The notes: generated by a model not told the origin, from the sequence alone. Positions 45,377 to 57,205 are shown, counted from the stretch's first letter. The stretch: 64,000 nt of DNA from Chloroflexota bacterium (GCA_022821645.1 JAJEDE010000022.1:74794-138793); one strand, 5' to 3'. A program made the numbers and translations.

Positions 45377-46231
45377 TTAGAAGGACTCAAGATGCCCTCG
45401 CTGTCGGGCGTCGCGGTCGAATCGTGCGAACAGCCACATCCCGCAGACACCGAAGACAAGACCAAGACCGAGCAACGCCGCGACCGACGCCCACGCGGCC
45501 GCGGCGTCGTTGAAGACGAGCGTGGCTCGGAGCCCACGGATCATCCAGGTCGGGGGAAGCAGTTGGCCGACCATCTGGGCCCAATCAGGGAGCACGGTCG
45601 TGGGATAGGCGGGGCCGGCCAAGATACCCATGCCCATCAGAAGCGCCTGCACGAGGATCATGCCGGCGCGCGCACGCAGGACGACCGCAGCCCAAATGAG
45701 ACCGAAGGACCCGACGGCGAAGGTCGACGCGACAAGAACGGCGAGCAACGGAAATGGATCAAGGCTGACCGGGAACCTGAGGATGGCCCAGGCAACGGCG
45801 AAGGCGATGAGTGTCCGCGCCATACCAACGAACATTCCAGAGGCGCCCAAGCCGGCAACGCGAGCCAGCAAGCTCGTCGGAGTCAACCAGATCGAGCCCA
45901 GCGTGCCTGAAAGGCGCTGGGCCTCAAGGACGAATCCGACGTTCGCTCCGGTCTGCGTCGACCAGATCATGGCCGTCGCACCGATCGCGACGTAGGCCAT
46001 GTAGTTGTCGGTACCGGCAAGATCAACGAACGTCTTAATGTGCATGGCATCGGGCCCAACCAGCGCAACGGCCGCGAGCGCCATGGGAAGCACGGCAAGG
46101 GTCGCCAGCCAAGCGCTGCTGACCAGGAAGAACGGCTCGCGCTGCTTCATCCGCCAGCTCAGGCTGGTCAGTTGCAGGGTCGCCGCGGCGTTCGTCCACG
46201 CCAGTCGGACGGCGAGCCTAGACCGGCTCAA
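45377..46231 (-). CDS. ABC-2 type transporter permease (first permease)
   Basis: This is a polytopic membrane protein directly downstream of, and overlapping, the DrrA-like ATPase gene. Confidence 0.75.
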   Translation of the reverse strand: MSRSRLAVRLAWTNAAATLQLTSLSWRMKQREPFFLVSSAWLATLAVLPMALAAVALVGPDAMHIKTFVDLAGTDNYMAYVAIGATAMIWSTQTGANVGFVLEAQRLSGTLGSIWLTPTSLLARVAGLGASGMFVGMARTLIAFAVAWAILRFPVSLDPFPLLAVLVASTFAVGSFGLIWAAVVLRARAGMILVQALLMGMGILAGPAYPTTVLPDWAQMVGQLLPPTWMIRGLRATLVFNDAAAAWASVAALLGLGLVFGVCGMWLFARFDRDARQRGHLESF

Positions 46232-47243
46232 ACGGTCCCTCGAGACGGCTGCCGGTCAGCTCGATGTAGGCGTCTTCCAGGGTGGCTTCGCGCAGGCGCG
46301 ACTGGACAATCTCCGCGCCCGCCGCCGCCGCGCGTTGCGTGATGTCCTCCGCCGATCGCCAGCCGCCGGGTGCTCGCACCGCGACCTGAACGGCACCATC
46401 GCTCTCGACCTCCCCCCACCAAAGGGCGGCGTCTCCGATCGCGGTGCGCGCCGCGGACGTATTGCCGCGCAGCATCAGTTCCAGGCGCGGCTCCACGCCG
46501 GCGCGGCTGATGAGGTCCGCCGGTCGATCTTCGGCAATGAGGCGGCCTTGATCGATGATCCCGACGCGATCGCAGACCTCATCGGCTTCGTGCATGTTGT
46601 GGGTCGTCAGAAGGATCGCCTTTCCCTCCTGACGGAGTTCATCGACGAATCCGCGGGTCGCGCGCGCCGCGGCCGGGTCAAGGGCGGCGGTCGGCTCGTC
46701 CAGGAGCAGCACCGGCGGGTCGTGCATCAGGGTGCGGGCGAGATTGAGCCGCTGCTTCATGCCGGTGCTGTAGGACTCGACGAGTTCATCCGTGCGATCG
46801 GCGAGGCCGAGCCGTTCCATGAGTTCATCGGTGCGCCGGCGAATCGCGTTGCCGTCCATAAAGACGAGACGCCCGAACATCTGCAGGTTCTCGCGGCCGG
46901 TAAGCCGCCAGAAGACACCGCGCTCACCCGCAAACATCACGCCGATGCGCGTGCGCACCTCGGTGCCGTCGCGAACCGTATCGTGCCCGCAGATGCGGGC
47001 GCTGCCGGACGTCGGTTCGAGCAGCGTCGAGAGCATGCGAGCCATGGTCGTCTTGCCGGCACCGTTGGGACCCAGCAGTCCGTAAACCTCGCCGGCTTCG
47101 ACTGAGAGCGACACGTTGTCGACCGCGACGATGAGTTCGTCTGGTGCTTCCGTCGGCCGCCGACGCAGCAGATCCCAGGGCCGGCGCGGCGGCCGGCGGC
47201 GCTCGAAGTGCTTGGTGAGTTGGACCGCTTCTATCAGCGGCAT
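46218..47243 (-). CDS. ABC transporter ATP-binding protein (DrrA-like, ABC-2 exporter)
   Basis: Walker A is GPNGAGKTT, the signature is YSTGMKQRL and Walker B is [14 protein letters not shown]-terminal extension domain is present. Confidence 0.9.
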   Translation of the reverse strand: MPLIEAVQLTKHFERRRPPRRPWDLLRRRPTEAPDELIVAVDNVSLSVEAGEVYGLLGPNGAGKTTMARMLSTLLEPTSGSARICGHDTVRDGTEVRTRIGVMFAGERGVFWRLTGRENLQMFGRLVFMDGNAIRRRTDELMERLGLADRTDELVESYSTGMKQRLNLARTLMHDPPVLLLDEPTAALDPAAARATRGFVDELRQEGKAILLTTHNMHEADEVCDRVGIIDQGRLIAEDRPADLISRAGVEPRLELMLRGNTSAARTAIGDAALWWGEVESDGAVQVAVRAPGGWRSAEDITQRAAAAGAEIVQSRLREATLEDAYIELTGSRLEGPFEPV

Positions 47244-47372
47244 CGAGACTCCACCACGAGCCCGGTGTCAAACGAGGAAGTCGCCTTACAGACACCAGCC
47301 GGGACGTCGGCGCCCGTTGGATACGGCATCAAGACGGAGAACTTCGGAACTTCGATGACTCGCCTCCAAACC

Positions 47373-47448
47373 TGGTGGGCCGGGTGGGTCTCGAACCCAC
47401 GACCTTCGGATTAAAAGTCCGCTGCTCTGCCAACTGAGCTACCAGCCC
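47373..47448 (-). tRNA. tRNA-Lys (anticodon UUU), 76 nt with encoded CCA
   Basis: The reverse complement reads GGGCTGG-TA-GCTC-AGTTGGCA-GAGC-A-GCGGA-CTTTTAA-TCCGA-AGGTC-GTGGG-TTCGAGA-CCCAC-CCGGCCC-A-CCA, a complete cloverleaf. Confidence 0.9.
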
Positions 47449-47544
47449 ATCTGAGCTTACCGAGCAGGACCAAATCGGCCGTCGTCGCGGGCGCCAGCCG
47501 GGCGCCGATAATGCAGGCAAACCAGCGTGAGTGCGGAGGTAGCG

Positions 47545-48276
47545 ATGGGCGTATTGGACGGCAGGGTCGCAATTGTGACGGGATCGAATCGCGGCATCGG
47601 CCGCGGGATCGCGCGTGGCTTTGCGCGCGAAGGGGCCAGGTTGGCGCTGGCCGCGCGCGATGCCGCGCTGCTGGACGACGCGGCCGATGAGTTTCGCAGC
47701 CTGGGCGCCGATGTTGTGGCCATTCCGACCGACGTGACTGACGAAGCGGCGGTTGACGCGCTGATCGAGCAGACGCTTGAACAGCTCGGCCCGCTGGACG
47801 TGCTGGTGAACAACGCGGGGATCGCCGAACACGCCCCGCTGGTGGACATGACGCTGGACGCCTGGCAGCGAACCGTCGACGTGAATCTGACCGGGCCGTT
47901 TCTGTGCGCGAGGGCCGCGCTGCGGGTGATGGCAGCGGCCGGACGCGGCCGCATCATCAACGTGGCCAGCATCTCGTCGCAGCGCGTGCGACCGGGATCG
48001 GCCTCGTATAGCGCCACCAAGTTCGGCCTATGGGGCCTGACCCAGGTGATTGCCCTGGAGGGCCGCGATCACGGCGTGTCGTGCAGCTGCCTCAACCCCG
48101 GCAACACCTGGGTGGAGCGGCGAACCGGCACGCAGCGACGCGAGGACGAGGAACCGATGATGACGGTGGACGAACTCGCCACCGCCGCCGTCACCATGGC
48201 CGCCATGCCGGACCACGTGAACATGCTGGAAGCGACGGTGCTGCCGGTGGGGCAGCCCTTCATCGGCCGGGGATAG
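47545..48276 (+). CDS. SDR-family oxidoreductase (classical short-chain dehydrogenase)
   Basis: VAIVTGSNRGIGRGIA, NNAG and the catalytic S...YSATK are present. ATG 47545 is preceded by GGAGG (47535..47539), so it is preferred over GTG 47527. Confidence 0.85.
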   Translation: MGVLDGRVAIVTGSNRGIGRGIARGFAREGARLALAARDAALLDDAADEFRSLGADVVAIPTDVTDEAAVDALIEQTLEQLGPLDVLVNNAGIAEHAPLVDMTLDAWQRTVDVNLTGPFLCARAALRVMAAAGRGRIINVASISSQRVRPGSASYSATKFGLWGLTQVIALEGRDHGVSCSCLNPGNTWVERRTGTQRREDEEPMMTVDELATAAVTMAAMPDHVNMLEATVLPVGQPFIGRG

Positions 48277-48324
48277 CTCGTCGGCGGCTAGGGCGGGCAG
48301 CACCCGGTGCGGCGCAGGTGCGAA

Positions 48325-48340
48325 TGTTTCACGTGAAACA
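48325..48340. promoter_or_regulatory. parS: parS centromere-like site (ParB/Spo0J binding), perfect palindrome TGTTTCACGTGAAACA
   Basis: The 16-bp perfect palindrome is identical to the widely conserved chromosomal parS consensus tGTTtCAcGTGAAAca. It lies in the gap between convergent genes. Confidence 0.75.
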
Positions 48341-48418
48341 CTGTTTGTGTACAGCGCTTGGCCCTGGGCCTGACTACTAGTCCCCTGTCGCCGCTGGCGT
48401 CCTGTTGCCGCTTGGCGA

Positions 48419-49348
48419 TCAAGAATCTCCGGCGCGGAAGCGCTGGAACTCGCCGGCGATGTCGGCGTCGTTGTGATCGCCGTCGTGGATGACGAAGCGG
48501 ACGGTCTGGTCCCAGGGCTGTTCGGCGGAGATTTCGACGGCCTGCATGCGCATGGTGCTGATGCAGAGGGAGCCGTAGTCGCGAACGAACCAGGGGGCGC
48601 CGTCGAACGAGGCATCAGGGAGGACGCCGACACCGGCAATCTTGTCGAAGGCCATCGGGCCGTGGGCGTCGACCCAGTCGGCGGCCTGGTCGAAGATCTC
48701 GGCCTCGTTGGTGCGGCCTTCGGAGTCCCTGATGACGCCGTCGTGGGTGACGTGCAGGCGGTCAGCGAGGCGGACGCCGAAGTAGCTGTGCTTGGTCGGG
48801 CCGATGGTGACGCTGCCGGGTGACTTGGCGGAGCCGGCGACGGGCTTTCCGGGGAGTGGGGTGCCGTCGGCCAGGCGTCCGGCGGGAGCGGACGGGCCGC
48901 CGCCGGGGACGAGTTGCGATCGAACGGTGAGGAGGTTGGAGATGTCGCCGGGCTGGATGTCGGTGGTGCGGGTTTCGACCAGCATGAGGCGGCCGTCCGG
49001 GTCGCTCCAGTCGGGAGCGCCGCGCCACTCAAGGGTCTGGGTGACGCGCAGGAGGTTGGACTCCAGTTGTTCCCAGGAGGCATCGATCTCGCGGATGGCG
49101 CCGGCGGTGCGGCCGCCGTAGGCGCGTTCGATGTAGAAGTTGTAGCCGCCGACTTCCTCGGCGGCGATCCAGATGGAGCGGTGGTGGGGGTGGTCGACGG
49201 GGGTCTCGTCGGTGACGGCCTGGCCGGCGGGGGTGTAGACCGGGTACAGGTAGTTGCGGGTGTGGCCCTGATTGAACGCGGTAATGAAGCGTCCGCCCCA
49301 ACTCACCATTCGGCGGGACTGCAAAACGTCGATCTTGAACGCGCTCAT
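48419..49348 (-). CDS. DUF6807 (PmoA-like) family protein
   Basis: YLYPVYTPAGQAVTDETPVDHPHHRSIWIAAEEVGGYNFY is the family hallmark (HPHHR.IW). I chose the start at ATG 49348 (MSAFKID). Confidence 0.7.
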   Translation of the reverse strand: MSAFKIDVLQSRRMVSWGGRFITAFNQGHTRNYLYPVYTPAGQAVTDETPVDHPHHRSIWIAAEEVGGYNFYIERAYGGRTAGAIREIDASWEQLESNLLRVTQTLEWRGAPDWSDPDGRLMLVETRTTDIQPGDISNLLTVRSQLVPGGGPSAPAGRLADGTPLPGKPVAGSAKSPGSVTIGPTKHSYFGVRLADRLHVTHDGVIRDSEGRTNEAEIFDQAADWVDAHGPMAFDKIAGVGVLPDASFDGAPWFVRDYGSLCISTMRMQAVEISAEQPWDQTVRFVIHDGDHNDADIAGEFQRFRAGDS

Positions 49349-49485
49349 GGCCAGGATCCTTGGGGCACGGCGGATTGAGCGGCCATTATGCGGCGCGGGC
49401 GGGGGAGGGGCATTGGGCACAAGCGCCAGTGGGCGAGGACGGGTAGCTTTAGGCGCGAATTGATCGGCTTCAGCGGAATACGCGA

Positions 49486-51117
49486 GTGCCTGTGAAGATT
49501 AATTACGACCTGCAGACGCTCCGTGGCGATTTATTCGGCGGGGTGACGGCAGCGGTGGTCGGGCTGCCGGTGGCGCTGGCATTTGGAGTGGCGTCGGGGC
49601 TGGGGGCAGTTGCCGGGCTGTATGGGGCCATCGCGGTGGGGTTCTTCGCGGCGGTGTTCGGGGGGACGCGGTCGCAGATCTCGGGTCCCACCGGACCTAT
49701 GGCGGTTGCGATGGCGGTCATCGTGACAACGCACGCGGAGAGCCTGGCCGAGGCGTTCACGATCGCGGTGATGGCGGGGCTGATCCAGATTGCGCTGGGG
49801 GTGCTGCGAATCGGCCGGTTCGTGGGGTACACGCCGTATTCGGTTATCTCGGGCTTCATGTCGGGGGTGGGAATCATCATCATCCTGGTGCAGACCTTGC
49901 CGTTCCTGGGGACGGAGGTAGCCGCGGGCGGGCCGTTGGGAGCGGTTCAGGCCTGGCCGACGGCCGTACGGGACATCAACTTCGGCGCCGTGGCTATTGC
50001 CGGCGTGACGTTGGCGGTAGGGATTCTCTGGCCGAGCCGGCTGCGGAAGTTTCTGCCGCCCACGCTGGCGGCGCTGATCGCCGGGACCTTGCTGGGGGTG
50101 CTGTGGCTGACAGACACGCCGGTGATCGGCGAAGTGCCGACGGGCCTGCCGAGCCTCAGGTTCCCCGAGCTTGGGCCGGACGTGCTGGTTCGCGCCGTGC
50201 AGCCGGCCATCATCATCGCGCTGCTGGGCTCCATCGACAGCCTGCTGACGTCGCTGGTGGCCGACTCGATGACGCGGACGCGGCACAACCCGAACCGGGA
50301 GTTGATGGGGCAGGGCATCGGCAACGTGGCGGCGGGGTTGATCGGCGGGCTGCCGGGGGCCGGCGCGACGCTGGGGACGGTGGTGAACCTGCGGGCGGGC
50401 GGGCGGACCCCGGTTTCCGGCGCGCTGCGGGCGGCCATCCTGCTGGCGCTGGTGCTGGGCCTGGGGCGCTACGTGGAGGCGATTCCGCACGCGGCGCTGG
50501 CCGGGATCCTGATGAAGGTCGGCTGGGACATCATCGACTGGCGGTTCCTGACGCGTATCCACCGGGTACAGCGGGAACACCTGCTGGTGATGCTGATCAC
50601 GCTGGGACTGACGGTGTTCCTGGACCTGATCACGGCGGTGGCGATCGGCCTGATCGCGGCGGGGATGGCCAGCGCACGGCAGTTCGAGCGACTGCAGATG
50701 GACAGCGTGGTCTCGGTGCCGCTGCTGGACCGGAGCTTCTTTGGATCCCAGGACGACGATGACACGGTGGACGCGTTCTCGGCGCGGGCGGGACTGGTGG
50801 CGCTGCGGGGCAGCTTTACCGTGGCGTCGGCCAACAAGCTGATCAGCACGATCAGCGTGGACATCCGCGATCACGAAGTGGTGATCCTGGACTTTTCCGA
50901 CACCGTCTTCATGGACGACAGCGCGGCACTGGTGGTGGAGCAGCTGATCGATAGCGCCATCGCCGAAAACACGGAAGTGATCGTGATGGGCCTGGAGGGA
51001 CGGCCGGCGATCACCCTGCAGGCGCTTAATGCGCTGCGGAAGGTTCCCGACGACCGATATGTCAAGACCATAGACGAGGCGCAGGGAGTGGCGCGGCGGT
51101 TGCTGAAGGACGAGTGA
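49486..51117 (+). CDS. SulP-family anion permease with C-terminal STAS domain
   Basis: LRGDLFGGVTAAVVGLPVALAFGVASG is the SulP N-terminus. There are many TM helices. The C-terminus VVILDFSDTVFMDDSAALVVEQL is STAS-like. GTG start. Confidence 0.85.
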   Translation: MPVKINYDLQTLRGDLFGGVTAAVVGLPVALAFGVASGLGAVAGLYGAIAVGFFAAVFGGTRSQISGPTGPMAVAMAVIVTTHAESLAEAFTIAVMAGLIQIALGVLRIGRFVGYTPYSVISGFMSGVGIIIILVQTLPFLGTEVAAGGPLGAVQAWPTAVRDINFGAVAIAGVTLAVGILWPSRLRKFLPPTLAALIAGTLLGVLWLTDTPVIGEVPTGLPSLRFPELGPDVLVRAVQPAIIIALLGSIDSLLTSLVADSMTRTRHNPNRELMGQGIGNVAAGLIGGLPGAGATLGTVVNLRAGGRTPVSGALRAAILLALVLGLGRYVEAIPHAALAGILMKVGWDIIDWRFLTRIHRVQREHLLVMLITLGLTVFLDLITAVAIGLIAAGMASARQFERLQMDSVVSVPLLDRSFFGSQDDDDTVDAFSARAGLVALRGSFTVASANKLISTISVDIRDHEVVILDFSDTVFMDDSAALVVEQLIDSAIAENTEVIVMGLEGRPAITLQALNALRKVPDDRYVKTIDEAQGVARRLLKDE

Positions 51118-51135
51118 GGCAGTAGCCGGCGCGGG

Positions 51136-51633
51136 TCAGGCGGCGATGACCTCAACCAGGCGGCCGGTGGCGCAGTCGTAGATGAAGCCGCGGATGCGGT
51201 CGCGGTGGGGGAGGAAGGGACTGGCCTGGAGGCGGGCGATGGAGTCGCGGACGTCCTGCTCGAGGTTGCTGAAGGGTTCGAAGGAGAACGGTGGGCGAAG
51301 GCCGGTGTCGGCTTCGATGGCGTCTTTCAGGTCGTCATCGCGGAACGTCTGCATGCCGCAGTCGGTGTGGTGGATCAGCATGATTTCGAGGGTGCCGAGC
51401 AGGCGCTGGGAAATGACGAGGGAGCGAATGACGTCCTCGGTGACGACGCCGCCGGCGTTGCGGATGACGTGCGCATCGCCTGGTTCGAGCCCGAGCACGC
51501 TGAAGACGTCAATACGCGCGTCCATGCAGACCACAACGGCAAGTTTGCGGGCCGGCGCGGCGTGGTCGGCGTCGGGAGTAAGGCCGGCGGCGTAACGGGC
51601 GTTGTTCGAAAGAACGTCATCGACCGCGGGCAC
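51136..51633 (-). CDS. beta-class carbonic anhydrase
   Basis: Zinc ligand contexts are CMDAR and HHTDCG, with IRNAGG between them. The GTG start has GGAGG 5 nt upstream. It lies 11 bp downstream of metK on the same strand. Confidence 0.85.
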   Translation of the reverse strand: MPAVDDVLSNNARYAAGLTPDADHAAPARKLAVVVCMDARIDVFSVLGLEPGDAHVIRNAGGVVTEDVIRSLVISQRLLGTLEIMLIHHTDCGMQTFRDDDLKDAIEADTGLRPPFSFEPFSNLEQDVRDSIARLQASPFLPHRDRIRGFIYDCATGRLVEVIAA

Positions 51634-51644
51634 ACAAACCTCCG

Positions 51645-52877
<1,233 letters not shown>

Positions 52878-52926
52878 AGTGCTCTCCCATGATGTCGCCG
52901 AGTGTGTTTGCCGTGCGGCGGCCTGG

Positions 52927-54198
52927 CTACGTGCCTTCCTGCCAGCCGGACAGGTAGGCGGCCTGCTCGGCGGTAAGGGTGTCGATTCCCACGCCCATCG
53001 CCTCGAGCTTGACCGAGGCGACCTGGCGGTCAATTTCAGCGGAGACATCGTAAACATTCGGGGCCATGTCGTGCGCGTTCCTGGCCAGAAGTTCGAGTGC
53101 CAGGGCCTGGTTGGCGAAACTCATGTCCATGACACTGGCCGGGTGCCCTTCGGCGGAGGCCAGGTTGATCAGCCGGCCCTGCGCCAGGAGAAAGATGCGG
53201 CGGCCGCCTGACAGGCGGTACTCCTCCACGAAGGGCCGTGCCTCGGTTACGTCCTCGGCCATGTCCTCCAGCGCCTCGATGTTGATTTCGATGTCGAAGT
53301 GGCCGGAATTGGCCAGGATGGCGCCGTCTTTCATGACCTCGAAGTGTGAGCGGTCGATGACGTGCTTGTCGCCGGTGACGGTGATGAACACGTCGCCAAC
53401 GGCGGCGGCTTCCTGCATGGGCATGACGCGGTAGCCGTCCATGACGGCTTCGAGCGCGCGGACCGGATCGACCTCGGTGACGATGAGGTGCGCACCCATG
53501 CCGGCGGCGCGGCTGGCGAGGCCGCGACCGCACCAGCCATAGCCACCGACAACGACCGTGCGTCCGGCCAGGAGCAGGTTGGTCGCGCGCACGACACCAT
53601 CCAGGGTGGACTGCCCGGTGCCATAGCGGTTGTCGAACATGTGCTTGGTCATGGCCTCGTTGACGGCCACGATGGGGTACTTGAGCACGCCCTCTTCGGC
53701 CATGGCGCGAAGACGAATCACGCCGGTGGTGGTTTCCTCGGTGCCGCCCATGACGCCATCGATAACGTCGGTGCGATCGGTGTGGAGCGTGGACACGAGG
53801 TCGGCGCCGTCGTCGGTGGTGAGATGGGGCCGGCTATTGAGCACGGACTCGATGTGGTCGTAGTAGATCTCGGAGTCCTCGCCGTTGATGGCGTAGGTGG
53901 AGGCGCCGTAAACCTCGACGAGGGCGGCGGCCACGTCGTCCTGGGTACTCAGGGGGTTGGAGGCGCAGAGGGAGGTCTCGGCGCCGCCGGCCTGGAGGGT
54001 GCGGACGAGGTTGGCGGTTTCGGCGGTTACATGCAGGCACGCGCCGATGCGGAGGCCGTCGAGGGGCCGCTCTTGTTCGAAGCGCCGGCGGATGCTCTCC
54101 AGCACGGGCATGGACCGGTCGGCCCACTCGACACGGCGGACGCCGTCAGCGGCAAGGGAAGCGTCCGCGATATCGGACTGGTTATCGGCCGTGGCCAT
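52927..54198 (-). CDS. ahcY: adenosylhomocysteinase
   Basis: MPVL...[19 protein letters not shown]...[13 protein letters not shown]...DDGADL...[11 protein letters not shown]...GHFD.EI are typical AhcY blocks. Confidence 0.9.
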   Translation of the reverse strand: MATADNQSDIADASLAADGVRRVEWADRSMPVLESIRRRFEQERPLDGLRIGACLHVTAETANLVRTLQAGGAETSLCASNPLSTQDDVAAALVEVYGASTYAINGEDSEIYYDHIESVLNSRPHLTTDDGADLVSTLHTDRTDVIDGVMGGTEETTTGVIRLRAMAEEGVLKYPIVAVNEAMTKHMFDNRYGTGQSTLDGVVRATNLLLAGRTVVVGGYGWCGRGLASRAAGMGAHLIVTEVDPVRALEAVMDGYRVMPMQEAAAVGDVFITVTGDKHVIDRSHFEVMKDGAILANSGHFDIEINIEALEDMAEDVTEARPFVEEYRLSGGRRIFLLAQGRLINLASAEGHPASVMDMSFANQALALELLARNAHDMAPNVYDVSAEIDRQVASVKLEAMGVGIDTLTAEQAAYLSGWQEGT

Positions 54199-54227
54199 AC
54201 GAGTTCCTCCGGGCGTTGGGCTGGCAG

Positions 54228-55148
54228 CTAGAAGGCGGCGAAGTCGCCGAATTCAACGTAGCGCGAATCGATATCGTGACGGGTGAGTTCAGCGAGGCGA
54301 TCCACGCTGAACGCCTCAACTGTAAACGACGCGGCGACGCTTCCATAGACTACGGCCCTGCGGAGGGCGGCTTCATCAGTTGAGCCGTCGGCCGCCAGGC
54401 TGCCCAGGAAGGCGCCGGCGAAGGAATCGCCCGCGCCAGTGGGGTCCACGACATCGTCCAGCGGGTAGGCGGGGGCGAAGAACCAGCCGTGGTCGCTGAC
54501 CAACGCCGCGCCGAATTCGCCGCGCTTGACTACGACGTAGGTGGGGCCGAGTTCGAGGATCCGGCGCACGGCGCGGGGGACGTTGACGTCGCCGCCGAAG
54601 AGCCGGACTTCCTCGTCGTTGAGGACCACGCAGTCGCAGCGCTCAAACACACGTGCTACCTGCTCGCGGTCGCCTTCGATCCAGAAATCCATCGAATCGA
54701 CCATCACGAAGCGCGGGTCTTGCACCTGGTCGAGTACGCGGAGCTGAATGCCTGGATCGGTGTTGCCAAGGAACACGTAGGAACCAGCCACGGTGTGCCG
54801 CGGAACTCGGGGATCAAAGTTCTCAAGCACGTGAAGCCTTACGAACGTGGTCTCGCGAATGTTCATGTCGACGGCATAGCGCCCGCCCCAGCGGAAGGTG
54901 AGGCCGTCGGCGGTGTCGAGACCGCTGAGGTCGATGTCGCGCTCAGTCAGCAGGTCGCGGTGGGCGGCCGGGAAGTCCTGGCCGACCACGCTGGACATGG
55001 TGGTGGGCGCGAAGCACCGGGAGGCCAGACTGGCGTAGGTAGCGGAGCCGCCGAGGACGCCGTGGACGCTGGCCTGGGCGGTTTCAATGTCGTCGATGCC
55101 GACCGTGCCGATGACGACGACGCGGCCGGGTCCGTTCGAATTGCTCAT
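54228..55148 (-). CDS. PfkB-family carbohydrate/nucleoside kinase (possibly adenosine kinase given context)
   Basis: The PfkB C-terminal motif is [13 protein letters not shown]. Its position between mtnP and ahcY suggests a nucleoside-salvage role, but this is inference only. Confidence 0.7.
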   Translation of the reverse strand: MSNSNGPGRVVVIGTVGIDDIETAQASVHGVLGGSATYASLASRCFAPTTMSSVVGQDFPAAHRDLLTERDIDLSGLDTADGLTFRWGGRYAVDMNIRETTFVRLHVLENFDPRVPRHTVAGSYVFLGNTDPGIQLRVLDQVQDPRFVMVDSMDFWIEGDREQVARVFERCDCVVLNDEEVRLFGGDVNVPRAVRRILELGPTYVVVKRGEFGAALVSDHGWFFAPAYPLDDVVDPTGAGDSFAGAFLGSLAADGSTDEAALRRAVVYGSVAASFTVEAFSVDRLAELTRHDIDSRYVEFGDFAAF

Positions 55149-55158
55149 GCGCGGCGAC

Positions 55159-56037
55159 TCAGTCCGAGGCCGGGCGGTTGAGGTACTTGCCGACGAGCAG
55201 GTCGTGGCGCTCGGCGAGTTCGGGCGGAATCATGTCCGGCGCCGTGATGATGGCGGTGGCCAGGGCGTCGGCGCACTCGCAGGCGGAAGCGTCGGCGGGA
55301 ATGCACGAAACGGCGCGGCGGACGACGCGTTGGGAGAGCGAGGTGTTGGCCATGAGATTGGCGATAACCATCTCGGCGGAGACGTCTTCTTCGCTCTCGT
55401 GCCAGACGTCGTAGTCGGTGACCATGGCCAGGAGGGCGTAGCAGATCTCGGCCTCACGGGCGAGACGGGCTTCCGGCAGCGCGGTCATGCCGATGACGTC
55501 GACGCCCCAGGAGCGGAAGGTCTCGGATTCGGCGCGGGTGGAGAACTGGGGGCCTTCGATGCAGACGTAGGTTCCGCCGCGATGGACGTGGGCGCCCTCA
55601 GTTTGGGCGGCCTCGGCAAGGACAGCGGAGAGTCGGGCGGAGAAGGGTTCGCCCATGCCGACGTGCACCACCAGGCCCGGCGTGTCGAAGAAGGTCATGG
55701 GGCGCTGGCGGGTGCGGTCGATGAGCTGGTCGGGCACGACGACGTGGAGCGGTTCGATGTGCTCGCGCATGCTGCCGACGGCGCTGACGGAGATAAGCCA
55801 CTGGACGCCGAGGGATTTGAGGGCCCAGATGTTGGCGCGGGCGTTCACGGCCGTGGGCATGATGCGGTGACCGCGGCCGTGGCGCGGCAGGAAGGCCACC
55901 TCCACGCCGTCCAGGCTGCCGATGCGAATGGTGTCGCTGGGTTCACCGAAGGGCGTCGCGACGTCCTGGTCGCGGATGTCTTCCAGGCCGGGCATGTCGT
56001 AGAAGCCGCTGCCGCCGATGACTCCAATTGCAGGCAT
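55159..56037 (-). CDS. mtnP: S-methyl-5'-thioadenosine phosphorylase
   Basis: IGVIGGSGFY...FLPRHGRGHRI.P..VN.RANIWALK.LGV....VSAVGS and GPQFST.AES...R.WG.DVIGMT are present. Confidence 0.9.
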   Translation of the reverse strand: MPAIGVIGGSGFYDMPGLEDIRDQDVATPFGEPSDTIRIGSLDGVEVAFLPRHGRGHRIMPTAVNARANIWALKSLGVQWLISVSAVGSMREHIEPLHVVVPDQLIDRTRQRPMTFFDTPGLVVHVGMGEPFSARLSAVLAEAAQTEGAHVHRGGTYVCIEGPQFSTRAESETFRSWGVDVIGMTALPEARLAREAEICYALLAMVTDYDVWHESEEDVSAEMVIANLMANTSLSQRVVRRAVSCIPADASACECADALATAIITAPDMIPPELAERHDLLVGKYLNRPASD

Positions 56038-56055
56038 TCGTCCTAGCTCCGCATG

Positions 56056-57114
56056 TCAGGCGGCCGCGTCCGGGGCCGCCGCGAACCGGCGTAACGATTC
56101 GAGATAGGGCGGCCGGTGCACGCCATGCTCGGTGATGATGGCGGTGATGCGCTGGTGGGGGGTGACGTCGAAGGCCGGATTGGCGACGGGGGCGTCGGAT
56201 GGCGACCAGCGCCAGTCGCCGTAGCCGTGGACTTCCTCGGTGGCGCGTTCCTCGATTGGAATGGCGTCGCCGTTGGGGGTGTCGAAGTCGATGGTGGAGA
56301 GCGGGGCGGCCACGTAGAAGGGGAGATCGTGCGCGCCGGCCGCCACCGCGTGGCTGTAGGTGCCGATCTTATTGGCGACGTCGCCGTTGGCGGCAATGCG
56401 GTCGGCCCCGACGATGACGGCATCGATGTGGCCGCGGCGCATGCGGTCGGCGGCCATGCTGTCGGTGATGAGGGTGAAGGGCACGCCCCACTGCGCCAGT
56501 TCCCAGGTGGTGAGGCGACCGCCCTGGAGGAGTGGGCGTGTTTCGCTGACGACGACCTCGATGCCGTGGCGCTGGTTGGCGGCCTGCAGGACGCCCAGGG
56601 CGGTGCCGTAGCTGGCAGCGGTGGCGAGCGGGCCGGTGTTGCAGTGGTGAAGCACACGCTGGCCCGATGCGAAGAGGTCAGCCCCGGCTTCGGCAAGAGC
56701 GCGGTGGCGCTGTTCGTTGTCGGCGGCGATCTCGTGGGCGAGGTCCAGCAGAGACGTCCGTATGGCCCGGATGTCGTTTTCCGGCTGCTCGCGGGCGGCG
56801 GTCCGCAGGCGCTCGGCGGCCCAGGCGAGGTTGACGGCGGTGGGTCGGGTGGCGATGACCTGGTCGATGACGTGATCGAGACGCTCCAGGTAGGTCGTCT
56901 CGTCGGGCGCATCGACGCGGGTGGCGGCCAGCGCGACGGCGTAGGCGGCGGCCACGCCGAGGGCGGGAGCGCCGCGGATGGCGAGGGTGCGGATGGCTTC
57001 GTTGACCTGCTCCACGGTGGTGCAGTGCAGCACCTCCACGGCGTCCGGCAGGCGGCGCTGATCCAGGATGCGGACCGCGCCGTCACGCCACTCGATTACC
57101 GGCGGGACGGGCAT
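56056..57114 (-). CDS. mtnA: S-methyl-5-thioribose-1-phosphate isomerase
   Basis: VIEWRDGAVRILDQRRLP, IRGAPALGVAAAY, HCNTG.LAT..YGTALGV, ETRP.LQG.RLT.WEL and GADRIAANGDVANKIGTY are present. I chose the start at ATG 57114; the track's 446-aa form is over-extended. Confidence 0.9.
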   Translation of the reverse strand: MPVPPVIEWRDGAVRILDQRRLPDAVEVLHCTTVEQVNEAIRTLAIRGAPALGVAAAYAVALAATRVDAPDETTYLERLDHVIDQVIATRPTAVNLAWAAERLRTAAREQPENDIRAIRTSLLDLAHEIAADNEQRHRALAEAGADLFASGQRVLHHCNTGPLATAASYGTALGVLQAANQRHGIEVVVSETRPLLQGGRLTTWELAQWGVPFTLITDSMAADRMRRGHIDAVIVGADRIAANGDVANKIGTYSHAVAAGAHDLPFYVAAPLSTIDFDTPNGDAIPIEERATEEVHGYGDWRWSPSDAPVANPAFDVTPHQRITAIITEHGVHRPPYLESLRRFAAAPDAAA

Positions 57115-57205
57115 CGCCAAGAGGTTGCGGGCGGGCGGGTGAGTATATCGGCGCCTCTGCATCGGCCCGCGGTCAGGCAGGCCCCTGCGCGGACCCGCTC
57201 GACGG

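Noticed and set aside
46005-47105. 366-aa + strand ORF
   Set aside because: It is antisense to the DrrA-like ABC ATPase, which has Walker A and B and signature motifs.
52878-52926. SAM/SAH riboswitch upstream of metK or ahcY (also 54199..54227)
   Set aside because: The gaps are only ~49 and ~29 nt, too short for an aptamer plus expression platform. No SAH- or SAM-riboswitch-like conserved segments were recognised, and the genes look internal to an operon.
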